Source: a virus
UHGV virus genome: UHGV-1366603
Reading direction: 5' to 3' (one strand)
DNA: 64,000 nt
Part shown: one piece after another, positions 19,246 to 31,000 of the stretch
Numbering within the stretch: position 1 is the first letter of the stretch
Layout: every line of letters begins with the position of its first letter
Notes under the pieces: generated by a model
The model's input: only the letters and a program-made list of their open reading frames with translations
Database searches by the model: none
Told to the model about the DNA's origin: nothing
Program-made: the position numbers and the translations under genes

Positions 19246-22200
19246 TTAACCTGCACGTCTAACGTTAAGCTGTCGTGCTGGCTGTTCAACGGACATTTGT
19301 CGTGATGCTGAACCTGCTGGTGCCATAGGTTGAGCCGATGCGGTGTTTTGTACCGGTTGTGGACGTTGCTTAAGGATCGTGACAATCTCTTTGAGATAAC
19401 CCGCCGATTCTTTCGCAACAGCCAACTGCTGAACACTAATCGGATCGCCACTGCTAAGTGTAGGTCCGTTTTGTGCATCAGAAGTAACCGCAGGTGCCGG
19501 TTTACTCGTCGCTGCTGCGCGCTGCACAGCACCTTCTTTCACCTTCTCGACATCTTCTTCAGGCAACCCTTCATTTCTGGCTCCAGTTGCAACAGTCTCC
19601 CCAATCATAGAGGCGTCACCGCCTGCACTACTACCGCCAGGTGACGGTACTGCTGGACCACCACTGGTTGCAGCTTTGACGTTGTCCGCACCCATTGCAC
19701 CTTTCTCTGCTAACGCTTCATCACGACGCGCAGCATTGGACGCAGGCAAGTTATCCGTCGCTCCAGAAATTGATGGATCGTTAGCTGCCCCTGCTGCTAC
19801 CGCCGGAGAGGAGGCAACCGCAGGCGTTAGCCCTTTCACCATGTCTTTCGTTGAAGCTGGGTTAGCCGCAATTTCGTTTGTCGCCACAGCACCCATACGG
19901 CGGTTCAGTTCATTAATAACTTCACCAACAGTACGAATACGAACAATCTGCTTGCCGCGCATTTCGTAGAAGACCCCCTTATTACCACTAAGGATTTGAG
20001 GAGTAATGCCTTCTGCTTTGTCGGCTGGCATGTTCGGATTCTGCCGCCATGCATTAAGGAACTTCTTACCACCGCCTGGGCCCAAGAAGTGATACAGATA
20101 CGCAACAGCCGGAGGCGGTTCTACACCACCTAAGTCTTTCTGCGCCTGCATGATATTGTCACGAATAAACTGTACCCCGAGGATGGTATTTGCCCACGGG
20201 TCGTACTGGTTTACTTGCGGTATACCGTACCGACGAGAGTACCCTTTCATCATTCCAGACCACGTTTTGTCAATGAACTGGAACAACCCTGCTGCTGACG
20301 CACCTGGGTTCTTGACACCATATTTGAAATCAGATTCGGCTTTCGCCATCGCAATCGCGACCGCAGGCGGAACACCTAAGGTATTTGCGACATCCGCAAT
20401 CATCGCTTTAACGCCTTCTACGTTAGGTGACTTACCATCACCCAGTTTGCTGATTGGATACTTCTCAGCCAAGGTTTTGTAATCACCTTCTTTGACGTCC
20501 CCGAGTTTAATCCCGGATTGGCCCGTAGAGAACTTCGCGTAATTGCTAATACCCATCTCACCCACAACTTGAGACAGATCACCCGGTGTACCGTAAGACG
20601 ACCCACCGTTTGGCAAGTACCCATCCTTAGACGCTGTACCCCAATCAACAACACCTTTGAAACGATCTTTGGTGTCTTCGTCGGTTTGGTACATTCTCGT
20701 CGCACGATCGGCTTTCTGCCACTTCGCACGTTTACCTGCTGCGGGTGTAGACCGCAGGGTATCACGAACAGCCAGGTCAGGTTCTTTGGACAGTTCTTTC
20801 AGGTTGGCAAGTTCAGTAGCAACAGAACCTGCGTCGGTGTTTGCTTCTTCACCCAGTGGGTTGAACGGAATCTCCCACACGGACTGACGAATACCACCCT
20901 TCATGTTGTAAGCGCCACGAATCATCAACGCCAATTCGTACATGAACCCACCGGATACTTTCAGTTCGGTAGGGTCTGCTTGCGGAATGTAACGTTTCAG
21001 ACCAACGACGTAGGTCATATACGCCGGTAAGAAACGGTTGTAGAACCAGTTCTTACAACGCTCCTCTTTAGGACCACCTATCAGGTCAGGCGAGATAACC
21101 GCAATGGCTTCTTTCCAGTTGCCTTTATAGGTACAGTTCTTCACATCAATGTCTTTCAACACGTTCTTCTCTAACAGTGTGAAAAGATTACGCGTTGTTT
21201 GGTTGATAGTAACCGCACCGTAGGTTTTCCACCTGACCGATTCCAGGTCTTCCAAATCACTTTTCTTCGGTAAGGAATGCCAGTCAACTTGGATTTGAAC
21301 CTGTTCAGTTCCGTCTTCCCAACCTTCGACCTTCGCAACTTTCTCGTTACGTTCAGCATCTGCATTCGCCAGTACCTGACTGGTTTCAGCAACGGACGCA
21401 ACTTTGTGGCCTTCGACAGCATCACGCATACCTGAACGTTGTTTCCGTTTGTCGTCAGTACGCATGTTGATTGACCGCCACACACGTTCCTGTGCTTCGA
21501 CAACCTCTTCCCCTGACAAGAACTCTGCCGGAGTAAAGGTAACGAAATCCCACGCTTTAGAGAACCAACCCTGGTTAACTTTACGCGGGTCAGTCAATGA
21601 ACGGAATTCCGCAGAATCTTTACCCATCTTCATTTTGTTGTAGAGGGTAATCATATCCGCTTTCGACACTTTCTTCGGATCACCAACATCTGCCAAAGCG
21701 ATGTCGTTATCCATCGACTTCAGTGCTGAAATCCAGCGGAGGTAAATCGGTGCGAAACGTTGTAGCATAAACGCAGTAAATGCTAACATCTCACCACGTT
21801 CTTCCAAGTTTACACCGAACCCTTCTGCGAGTTTCTTCACGTCTTCGGAAGACAAGCCACGTAATTGTGCTTCACCCCCTTCGGTATACGAGACGTAAGG
21901 TTTCAAAGCGTCTTCTAAATAACGGGCTTTCATACCGTCTTCAGAAGACCACTGGTCGTAGTCACGGAAACCGTATTGTGCCAGACGCATATAGTCGAGG
22001 TACTGTGCTTTCACACGGGTAGCGCATTTATACGCCCAATAACCCAGACCAGCGGCAGTCGCACCGATCGCAATTGCAGGCCAACCCACCGCAGCCACTA
22101 CCGTAGATGCAGCCGAGGCTACCGCAGTCACTGCCGGTACCGCTAAACGTTGTACAGCAAACTTACCAACGTTCCACGCTGCTTTACCGAGGAACCCGGT

Positions 22201-25200
22201 AGGTTTAAAAATACCCCACTTCGCAACTTTGCCCAGTATCGAACCCACCGTACCTAAGATACTCACGATTGGTCCTACTAACGGTAAGTCTTTGAGGAAG
22301 TCCATCACCCCGCCTTTACGTCCTTTCTGCTCAGCGGTTTTCTTGGCTTTCTCTTCTTCCTTAGAACGTCTACGACGACGGAAGAATTGGAAGTAGTCAC
22401 GTTTTTCATCGTTGGCTGCCGGTTTGTTACGTTGTCCGAACTTACTGAACATCGTACGAATCAGGCCATCAGGTGCACCAGCACGTTCCGCAGAGTCACG
22501 CATGGTGTTAAACCAGGACATTTCCTGGAGGTTAACCATCCGGTTTAAACGTTCCAATAATGCTGAACCAACACTCTTCGCTTTCTGCTTACCTTTGTTG
22601 ATAACGCGTCCTGCGGTATCCGTTGCGGTTTCGAAATCCTCCTTCGCTGCGTTAAACACGCGTGTTGGAGAAACCTTACCACGAGCGTACAAGTGTTGAC
22701 GGTAAAACTCCGCAACGTCATCATCACGACCCGCTAAACGCGACTCCGCCCGATAACGTGTGGCAATATCGTAGCGTGGGTCACGGAAGCTATCTACTGT
22801 TTCACCAAAGCGCCCACGGAAACGGTCAAACCACCCTTTACCCGCAGCGCCCCAACGAGACAGTCTATCGCCAACGCCATGACGGAAACGTGAGAATCGG
22901 TCACGTTGTCTGCCTCGCCAATCCCGGAAATTCTGGAAGTAATCTTTAAATCCGTCGCGGAAATCCTTAACACGGTTAAGCATCCCTTTGATAGATTTCG
23001 AGCCAACGTTTTTCTCCAGTTGCTCCGTCCAGGATTCATCTTCAGGCTCACCGTCTAAACGACGGTTAAGGAGTTTATAGATACGAATCAGGATATGGTT
23101 GGTCTTACGGCCATTCGACCAAGAGAACATGCTGAAGCCACCGCCAGAACCACCTTCCTTACGATTCTGCCACCACCGGGTAAGCGGGTTGTCGGTCGCT
23201 AACTCTTTGAATTTCTCAAAGCCACGTTTTGCATTGTTCCACAAACGAGCAGGCATTCCGGTTACGCGAGAAATCATGCTTTGTAAACGTGTTTTCTCAC
23301 TCCCCTCAGGAATCTCATTAAGCCACTCACGCGCTTTCTCGAAGATAGACGCTGCTCTTGGCGAGATTAGACCAATCAGTTTCTTCGGTAAGTTAACAGC
23401 TTTGTTTACTGCTGTACCTGCTTTACCGGAGATATACTGGAACAGGGCCTGGAGTTTACCGCCTTTATAGAAGCGCAGTTTACCCGCAGCCGCTAAGTCT
23501 GCCGCTGCGAGAATCAAGTTCCCGGCTTCGTCAACAATATCACGACCCAGCTTAATGTCGTCTAACGAGCGGAGTTGTACCAGCTTGTTGGTTTTAGGGT
23601 CAGCCTGATAATACTCACCTGCCTCTAAACGGCTTCCTTGTAAAACAACATTGCCTTTCTCGTCGTAGATGTCCCGAACACCAAGAACACCTTTCCCGAA
23701 GGCGACCGCCGAATTCCAGCCTGTGGACAACGTACCAGTAACTAAACCTTTCAGTCGTTCAAAAACACCTGGACCGTCAGATGGCCCACCGGAGAATTTC
23801 CCACGAATAAAACTGCCCAGTGACTGTAAACGCCCTTTCCCTCTCAGGAACATGTTCTTCGCAAAACGACCCGCGCCCGTACCGGTGTCCCAAAGTACGC
23901 CCGCCCAACGACGGAACAGCCCACTTTCACCAAGCACGATGCGTTTACGCTTGCGTTTGTTACCGGTGCTACCTGCATCTTCAGAAGCGTCACCCTCGTC
24001 ACCGTCACGACCACCACCTAAGCTGGCCAGCAGGATACCTTCCTCATCCATGTTCTTAACATGTTTCAGAATTTCCTGCACGGTGTTGGATTCGGACTTA
24101 TTACGAATAGCATCAACGATTCTATCAAACTGTTGCTCTAACCCTGCGGTGGTATCAGGACGTTCGCTTAGCAGTTCAACAAAGTTGGTAGATTTTTCAC
24201 CGTAGAGGACAGCAGCAAGTTGTCGTGCCGACAGTCCACGGCCACCGCGACCGCCTTTACCTTTAACGGTGTCAATTGTCGACTCGTCACCGGTTACGGA
24301 GGCGTCTACCCCTAAACGACGTAAATAGTCACCTAGCGCAGAACCGTTTTTCAGTTTGCGCTGGATTTCTTGTTCACGCGTTAACGAACGACCGGAACGG
24401 GTTTTCCCCATGGCCAGGTCGTTATACAGCGTATACGGATCGTTAATGTCTTTATCTACATCAAACCGATCGTTCTTCGCATCGTACTTAAAGATACCTG
24501 CATCACGTAACGCATTCTCACCGTAGATAATTGAAGCTTCGTCTACCGTGTTTTGACGTGCACGAATTGTTGACTGAATGGCCGAAATCTTACCAGCGAT
24601 TTCGTTGCTAAGTTCGTGATGACCGCCTGTCAGTTCTGAAGACCGTGCTTCTAAGACCGCCTGAATCGCTTCTACCGCGTTTGCATTCATGTAACGATAC
24701 ATGTGCATCGGGTCTTTCAGCAGACTGCCTACGTCGAACGCCTTACCTTCAGACGCACGTGATTCGATATAGTCCGCCAGCGCTTGGCGAGTTTTCGAAT
24801 CCAGAGTTTTGTCTTTGTCGATAAAGTCAACGGTTTCGTTAATGTACTGCTGTAAACGCTTCCGCTGTTCATCGTTCGCAACCGCTTTACGGACACGGTT
24901 GCCGACAACTTTACGGTCAATCATCCCACGCGTGGTTAAATCGTACACCTGGTCGTGGTGTTCGCCGTACCCGCGACGAATAGATTTGTTAATCTCCGTC
25001 AGCAAAGTCGGGATGACTTCCGTGATGCTAAGATACGCTTTACGGTCGAACTTCGCAGCGGCGGATAACGCTTCTGCTGAACGTTCTTCTAAAGCTAATC
25101 CCTCACGACGCAGCGGTGTCACTAACCCCATCTCGTGCATTAAACGGAAGACGGTGGCCAGTGGGCCGTCTATCTCACCAGCAATCGCCGAGTTAGAGAT

Positions 25201-26382
25201 AGAAGATAAGTTACCGAACCCGTAGCGTGCCAACTGAAGCCGTTTCATGACTTCTGGGTTCTTTTCTAACTCACTGCGTGTCCAGTTCTGTAAACGTTCT
25301 ACCTGAGGTTGTAAGAACCGTTTTGCTAACCAACTACCGGCAAACCCTGCGACTTTACCTCGGGAATTCGTACGACGACGTTCTGGCGACAGTGTAGAAC
25401 TGTCTTCCATGCCGAAGTCGTCTTCCTGACTCATTGACAGAACTTGTTCTAATATCCCGCGTCCGTCGCTGAAGATATTCGAAATCTTTTTCTTCGCGTT
25501 CTCACGAATCTGATCAATAAAGTTATCCGCGTAACGCAAGGGGTTCATCCATTCGGCAGCTTTACGTTTTACGTTAGCCCAACGAACTTCAGAGAATTCC
25601 TCTTTTGCGTAGTCCGGCAACGCGGTGTTTTTAACAATCGCTTCAAGTGCCGGGGTGTTACGGCTAAACTCATCCTGTTTAAGTTTAGCAATATCTTGCA
25701 ACGCGAATAACGTACGGTATTGCAGCTCTAGCTGTTTACGCTGAACGTTAAGCATTACCCCGCGACTTAAACTGGTCGTCAGGTTAACGTCTTTCGCAAT
25801 ACCGATAACCGTCTGGAACAGCGCATCGGACTTCATGTCCTTGATGGTGTCACGAAGACGGTCTTCTACCATTCCTTCCTGAACTTCACGTTGTTGTTCA
25901 GGTGTTTGTGGCGTACCTGCAAAAACAGAGTCTAACTCACGATCCATTAACGCTTGTTTAGGATCGTAATTCCCGTAATCGTACTGGTCGCTTTTCGCCC
26001 ACTTGTCGATCTTACGGGTTACACTGTCAGGCAAATACCGTTTTAGGGTTGGGCCTAACTGACGAGCTTGTGCCTTCACCACACGGGAGGTCTTTTCAAT
26101 CTCGTCTTTCGTATGGGCCAGAATGTCTTGACCTGCGGCTTTGACGTTCTTATAACCTTCATAAGCGTCAGTCGCCGGTTTTGGCATTCCTTTTAAAATG
26201 ACCTGATCACGTTTATTTTCGGGCCAGATAGTCGACAACGCCGACTTACGGGCAGCACGAAATGTGTCCATGACCGGGTTACGCGATTGGTCTTGTTGAC
26301 GAGGGGGCTCATCAAAATCGTCCCAGTCGTCCATGTTATCAAGATCGATTTCATCGAAATCGTCTTTACCTTTTTTAGCCAT
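19246..26382 (-). CDS. giant virion-type protein with lytic transglycosylase (SLT) domain (2,378 aa)
   Basis: SLT signature AESDFKYG...AAGLFQFIDKTW and AYLYHFLGPGG near residue ~2000; acidic N-terminus; hydrophobic segments; Ala/Pro/Ser-rich C-terminal tail; size and domain placement recall phiKZ gp181. Confidence 0.7.
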   Translation of the reverse strand: MAKKGKDDFDEIDLDNMDDWDDFDEPPRQQDQSRNPVMDTFRAARKSALSTIWPENKRDQVILKGMPKPATDAYEGYKNVKAAGQDILAHTKDEIEKTSRVVKAQARQLGPTLKRYLPDSVTRKIDKWAKSDQYDYGNYDPKQALMDRELDSVFAGTPQTPEQQREVQEGMVEDRLRDTIKDMKSDALFQTVIGIAKDVNLTTSLSRGVMLNVQRKQLELQYRTLFALQDIAKLKQDEFSRNTPALEAIVKNTALPDYAKEEFSEVRWANVKRKAAEWMNPLRYADNFIDQIRENAKKKISNIFSDGRGILEQVLSMSQEDDFGMEDSSTLSPERRRTNSRGKVAGFAGSWLAKRFLQPQVERLQNWTRSELEKNPEVMKRLQLARYGFGNLSSISNSAIAGEIDGPLATVFRLMHEMGLVTPLRREGLALEERSAEALSAAAKFDRKAYLSITEVIPTLLTEINKSIRRGYGEHHDQVYDLTTRGMIDRKVVGNRVRKAVANDEQRKRLQQYINETVDFIDKDKTLDSKTRQALADYIESRASEGKAFDVGSLLKDPMHMYRYMNANAVEAIQAVLEARSSELTGGHHELSNEIAGKISAIQSTIRARQNTVDEASIIYGENALRDAGIFKYDAKNDRFDVDKDINDPYTLYNDLAMGKTRSGRSLTREQEIQRKLKNGSALGDYLRRLGVDASVTGDESTIDTVKGKGGRGGRGLSARQLAAVLYGEKSTNFVELLSERPDTTAGLEQQFDRIVDAIRNKSESNTVQEILKHVKNMDEEGILLASLGGGRDGDEGDASEDAGSTGNKRKRKRIVLGESGLFRRWAGVLWDTGTGAGRFAKNMFLRGKGRLQSLGSFIRGKFSGGPSDGPGVFERLKGLVTGTLSTGWNSAVAFGKGVLGVRDIYDEKGNVVLQGSRLEAGEYYQADPKTNKLVQLRSLDDIKLGRDIVDEAGNLILAAADLAAAGKLRFYKGGKLQALFQYISGKAGTAVNKAVNLPKKLIGLISPRAASIFEKAREWLNEIPEGSEKTRLQSMISRVTGMPARLWNNAKRGFEKFKELATDNPLTRWWQNRKEGGSGGGFSMFSWSNGRKTNHILIRIYKLLNRRLDGEPEDESWTEQLEKNVGSKSIKGMLNRVKDFRDGFKDYFQNFRDWRGRQRDRFSRFRHGVGDRLSRWGAAGKGWFDRFRGRFGETVDSFRDPRYDIATRYRAESRLAGRDDDVAEFYRQHLYARGKVSPTRVFNAAKEDFETATDTAGRVINKGKQKAKSVGSALLERLNRMVNLQEMSWFNTMRDSAERAGAPDGLIRTMFSKFGQRNKPAANDEKRDYFQFFRRRRRSKEEEKAKKTAEQKGRKGGVMDFLKDLPLVGPIVSILGTVGSILGKVAKWGIFKPTGFLGKAAWNVGKFAVQRLAVPAVTAVASAASTVVAAVGWPAIAIGATAAGLGYWAYKCATRVKAQYLDYMRLAQYGFRDYDQWSSEDGMKARYLEDALKPYVSYTEGGEAQLRGLSSEDVKKLAEGFGVNLEERGEMLAFTAFMLQRFAPIYLRWISALKSMDNDIALADVGDPKKVSKADMITLYNKMKMGKDSAEFRSLTDPRKVNQGWFSKAWDFVTFTPAEFLSGEEVVEAQERVWRSINMRTDDKRKQRSGMRDAVEGHKVASVAETSQVLANADAERNEKVAKVEGWEDGTEQVQIQVDWHSLPKKSDLEDLESVRWKTYGAVTINQTTRNLFTLLEKNVLKDIDVKNCTYKGNWKEAIAVISPDLIGGPKEERCKNWFYNRFLPAYMTYVVGLKRYIPQADPTELKVSGGFMYELALMIRGAYNMKGGIRQSVWEIPFNPLGEEANTDAGSVATELANLKELSKEPDLAVRDTLRSTPAAGKRAKWQKADRATRMYQTDEDTKDRFKGVVDWGTASKDGYLPNGGSSYGTPGDLSQVVGEMGISNYAKFSTGQSGIKLGDVKEGDYKTLAEKYPISKLGDGKSPNVEGVKAMIADVANTLGVPPAVAIAMAKAESDFKYGVKNPGASAAGLFQFIDKTWSGMMKGYSRRYGIPQVNQYDPWANTILGVQFIRDNIMQAQKDLGGVEPPPAVAYLYHFLGPGGGKKFLNAWRQNPNMPADKAEGITPQILSGNKGVFYEMRGKQIVRIRTVGEVINELNRRMGAVATNEIAANPASTKDMVKGLTPAVASSPAVAAGAANDPSISGATDNLPASNAARRDEALAEKGAMGADNVKAATSGGPAVPSPGGSSAGGDASMIGETVATGARNEGLPEEDVEKVKEGAVQRAAATSKPAPAVTSDAQNGPTLSSGDPISVQQLAVAKESAGYLKEIVTILKQRPQPVQNTASAQPMAPAGSASRQMSVEQPARQLNVRRAG

Positions 26383-26411
26383 AACGTTTAATCCGTATCA
26401 GGAGATTTAGC

Positions 26412-28037
26412 GTGAATAAACTTAATTGGGTTGACTTTTATCTGCTCAATGTAAACAAGTCTCTTGTGTCGCGATTACGACCCGTCACGACCACAGATAC
26501 TTTTCAAGGGTTGACAAAAAACTTTCACCCTGAAGGGTTATACTCCACGGAGATATTCGGTCTTACGGGAAGTGAAGCCCGAGACTCAACGTTTTCTTAC
26601 ATTGATATTAAATTAGATATCATTTCGCCGACGGTGTGTTTGGCGTTATTCCAACTAAAACAACTCTACGAAGAAATTTGTTCTGGAAAACGCTACGCAA
26701 CCTGGAGCGAAAAAGAAAAAGATTTTGAACCGGCTTTGCCTGGCGACGCTGGCGCAGATACCGGTTTTAACTTTTTCCTTAGTCACTACAACGACTTAAA
26801 ACCCGGACGTAACGAATCGTTACAACGTGACGAAACGGTGGATTTCTTCGAGAAGTTCCGTCCCGTGAGTCTTAGCCGCTATGTTCTCGTATTACCCGCA
26901 GGTTTACGTGATTTGGTGGTTAGACAAGACGGTAGGGAACAGGAAGAGGAAATCGGCGGGTTATATCGTCGTTTGATTTCTTTGGCCAGGGCGATTCCTG
27001 ACCGTGCCACACGGGTTGAATTAACGAACCCTGTGCGATGGAAACTCCAACAAACCTTTAACGAAATCTGGATGTACTTCTTTAACATCCAGGACGGTAA
27101 AGGGGGTTTCCAACGTCGTAAAGTGACGTCGCGTAAACTGATGAACGGGACACGTAACGTATTGTCCTCATTCTCCACAGGCTCTAAATGCATGGGGCGT
27201 GAGGATGCGATTCGACCAACTGACACCAAAATTGGTTTGTATCAGGGTCTGAAGGCGTTACTGCCCGTTGCGCAATACCAGATACGTGAACGTTACCTCG
27301 GTAACATTCGTGCTGGCGATGGCAACCTTTACGGCGTAAACACCAAAACGCTTAAACGCGAGTTCTTGGAAGTTGGGGGTCGAGTTTACGACACCTTTAC
27401 CACGGACGACGGTATCGAAACATTAATTAACCGAATGGAAGCTCGCGAGCTTCGTCATCAGCCGTTAATGATTAACGATACCCATTACGTCGCGTTAGTC
27501 TACCAAGACAACAAACATTTTAAGGTGTTCTACGATATCGATGAACTGCCTAAAACGTTTGACCGTAAAAACGTCCACGGAATGACCCTGGTAGAACTAC
27601 TCTACTTATCGGGTTACGATCTGTGGAACAACTATTTCGGTTTCGTTACACGTTATCCCGTCACCGGTCGAGGCTCGACGTACTCATCGACCATAAGATT
27701 GGAGACCACCACGTCATCTTTATACTTAAAAGAACTGGAAGATGACTGGGAGACTGAAAAGCCTCGCGGGGCAATCAGTTATCCTGACCGGTCGGTTCCA
27801 ACCTTTGTTGAGTCGATGGCACCGCACCCGTCACGACTGGGTGGCTTAGGGGGTGACTACGACGGTGACACCGGTTCACTTAACGCGCCTATGTCGGAAG
27901 AAGCGCTCGAGGAAAACCGTAACTGGGTACACTCGAAGAACTACTGGTTCGACTCTGACGGGAATTTCAAAATCAACCCCGTCAACAACGTGATTAAACG
28001 TGCGACGCAAGCGTTATTAAAGAATCCAAAAGGCTAA
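26412..28037 (+). CDS. RNA polymerase beta-prime-like subunit, N-terminal fragment (541 aa)
   Basis: GTG start with AGGAG RBS; segments parallel to bacterial beta-prime: EIFG, LVLPAGLRDLV...LYRRLI, GKGGFQRRKV, and DYDGD matching the NADFDGD catalytic loop near the C-terminus. Confidence 0.6.
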   Translation: MNKLNWVDFYLLNVNKSLVSRLRPVTTTDTFQGLTKNFHPEGLYSTEIFGLTGSEARDSTFSYIDIKLDIISPTVCLALFQLKQLYEEICSGKRYATWSEKEKDFEPALPGDAGADTGFNFFLSHYNDLKPGRNESLQRDETVDFFEKFRPVSLSRYVLVLPAGLRDLVVRQDGREQEEEIGGLYRRLISLARAIPDRATRVELTNPVRWKLQQTFNEIWMYFFNIQDGKGGFQRRKVTSRKLMNGTRNVLSSFSTGSKCMGREDAIRPTDTKIGLYQGLKALLPVAQYQIRERYLGNIRAGDGNLYGVNTKTLKREFLEVGGRVYDTFTTDDGIETLINRMEARELRHQPLMINDTHYVALVYQDNKHFKVFYDIDELPKTFDRKNVHGMTLVELLYLSGYDLWNNYFGFVTRYPVTGRGSTYSSTIRLETTTSSLYLKELEDDWETEKPRGAISYPDRSVPTFVESMAPHPSRLGGLGGDYDGDTGSLNAPMSEEALEENRNWVHSKNYWFDSDGNFKINPVNNVIKRATQALLKNPKG

Positions 28038-28040
28038 TCA

Positions 28041-31000
28041 ATGCTGCTCATTAAACAGTTTAACCAACGCTTCTCTGTGCGTAAAACAGACGAGTTTGGT
28101 AATCCGAGGATTATCCCGCTCGAGAAGCTCCAGATACCACGAGGCTCCATACTGCACGTCGTGGATCTCGATCAGGTGGTCTTAGCGCCACCTGCTACGC
28201 TGGAAATCATCCAGCCGTTGGAAAAACCTGCACAAATTCGCCACCACTTTAAACTTCCCGAAGAAGGGATTAGTGGGCATCCACGTAACAAACCTGTGCA
28301 GGGGCAAGAACGTGCTATCTTTGCGTACCATCGCGCTAACCGTCCAATTCGTCGTCTGACTTCAGATGACCTGGTGCGTAAAGACTTAAAAGTTCTCCTT
28401 ATTGAGAACTACACACCGATGTTATCGCACTACTATTATCCAGACACTCAGTTAGCCTGGTACGATAGACTGCGTAATATCCAGCTGTTAATGACCAACC
28501 AGTTCAAATACGACACGCAAGAATACATGCGTCAGAACTATTTCGTGATTGAGCTGGGATCAACGTTACCGTCTTTCCAGAAGTTCCAAACGACGTATAA
28601 CGATCGCGTTAAAAGCAAGATTGAAAAGTTCCAGGACTTTAACCTGCTGTGGCTGTTGGAACTTTTCGCTTGGGCGTACGGTAAACAGTCCGATTCTCTG
28701 TTTGCGGGAATGGACTTAACGCAACTGTCTCGAATGAACTTCATCTTCACCCATAACGGCGGCTTTACGTCGATGAACATGGGTGTCGTGGAGAAGATGC
28801 GTAAATCGTCCGGTGGTCGTTTAAGTGACGACCAGATGGCCAGGATGTTCTATCGTACGTTAGTGCGTGTAATGACACAAGCACCGTCTAATGCGTACGA
28901 AGCTGAATTCCTGACACCGGAAGGTGATGAACGTATCTTTGTTAAAGACATCGAAGAAGAGACGGTTGACGTCGCTGACGATGGAGACGTTGTTAACGAC
29001 GCTGTGGTTGAATCGGATAACGCATTCGATGAAAAAGAAGACCTCGTTATTGAGGAACCGAAAGAAGACGTTAAGCCGACGACTATCGTTATCGAAAAAA
29101 CGATTGCTCACGATGACATTATCAAACAGGAAGCGCAGAAACTGGCTGAGGCGGGCCGCTTAAGCTCTAAAGCGTATCAGTTCCTGTCTGATTCGACTAA
29201 ACGTTTCGTTCAGTTACCGAACCCGTATAACCCGAAAGAGACTTACGGTGAAGCATTAACCATTCACGAAAAAGACATTGCCGTGAAAGCGGAACCGAAG
29301 AAAGTCCAGCGACTGGTTACGGATGAAGGTTGGGCAGAAAACGTCACCGACCAAATGGTGAAACAATACAACCAGACCATGATGAGTAAAGACGTACTGG
29401 CAGCTGTCGCCAGCTCGCAGCGTCTTGGTTTGGCTATTCACAACCACACGATCGAGAAAGAGATTTCCGTTACGGGAACTATCGAACACCACACCCTGCG
29501 TGTTCAACCGATTGGTGGTGAACCGACGACAGTGCGTTTCTCTATCCCTGGTCTAACCGAAGACGGTACCTGGGTAGCAAACGGTGTTGAATACACCATG
29601 CGTCGTCAGCGTGTAGACGTGCCGATTCGTAAGGTCGCCCCAGACACCGTAGCGTTAACGACCGCTTACGGTAAAAACTTCGTACGTCGCAGTGACAAAG
29701 TCGCAAACGACTACGGTCGCTGGTTAACGAACGCGATTATCACGCGTGCCGTAGACCCGACCAACACGGAGATCACTGACGCACGTCTCGCGAACGTTTT
29801 CGATCCTACTGAGAAACTTCCTCGTCAGTATACGGAGATTGCACGTCGTATCGCCAGCTTTAATGCAGGCGGGTATATGTGGAACTTCGATTATAAAGAA
29901 GCGGTTAACTTCTTTAATGACGAACAGCTTACTGACGCAAACAACGTTGAGATGTTGCCGGTTGCGAAACGTCCGCGTAGTGAAGTTATTGTGGTGATGG
30001 ATACCAAGTCCATGCTCTATACCGTTAAGGGTAAAGAGTGCACACCGCTGGGCACCATCTCTGAAGTGCTTGGTTTCAGTAACCAGAAAGCGCCAAGAGA
30101 GATGACCGAACTTTCACTGATGGGCAAATCGCTCTCACTGGGCTTCATCTTCTCGTTCTATTTAGGTCTGCAAGGGATGCTTAAGCATTTCGGCATTCAG
30201 TACGAAATCGTCCCTGTTGGCCAACGTGTAGATAAGAGCACGTACGATTCTATTATTCGTCTCCAGGACAGTAAGTTCCTGGTAACGTGTGATAACGATC
30301 AGCAACGAATGATTCTACACGGTCTGGATAAGTACCTGAAACACCTGGTAGCTTATACCGAGTCCGAAGTCGACCGCGAAGACATTTACCTGAACTTAAT
30401 ACGTGATGCAGATGGGCTAACTCCACGCTACATCAACGAGCTGAAACAAATGCGGGCCGCGTTTGTTGATGACATGCACGCACGTATCCTCAGGAAAATG
30501 GGTGAACCGGAAACCTTTATCGGGCTGTTGGAACGTTCTAACGAACTGTTACAAACCGACCACTCTTTGCCGGAGATTAACGGTGATGAGATGATGTTCT
30601 TAGGGAACCAACGTATTTCCTACCACATCTACACCGCGTTGGTCAGGGCGATGCGTAACTACAACAACGCACCGAACAGTAACCGTAAGTTCGAACTTAC
30701 TCAGGACATGATTTGGGGTGCCATTAACTCCGACCCGTCTGTTCTGTTAGCGCCGGGTGCTAACCCTATCCAGTCGATTAAAGAGAAAGACGTTATCACC
30801 ATGGGGGGCACGGGTGGCCGTAACCGTAAAACAATGGTTTATCACACGCGTGAGTTCCAACCGAGTGACCTGGGTATTGTATCCGGTAACACGGTGGATA
30901 ACGGTGACGTAGGTATTACTGCTTTCGCCACTAACAACCCACGTTTTGATACCGTTGACGGCACCACCTATAAACGGGATGAAAAGAAACTGAAGCCGAG

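Noticed and set aside
19330-25225. Numerous 60-180-aa ORFs on the plus strand inside the giant minus-strand gene, and similar antisense ORFs inside other long genes
   Set aside because: They are shadow ORFs within a continuous 7.1-kb coding frame, with no RBS and low-complexity composition.
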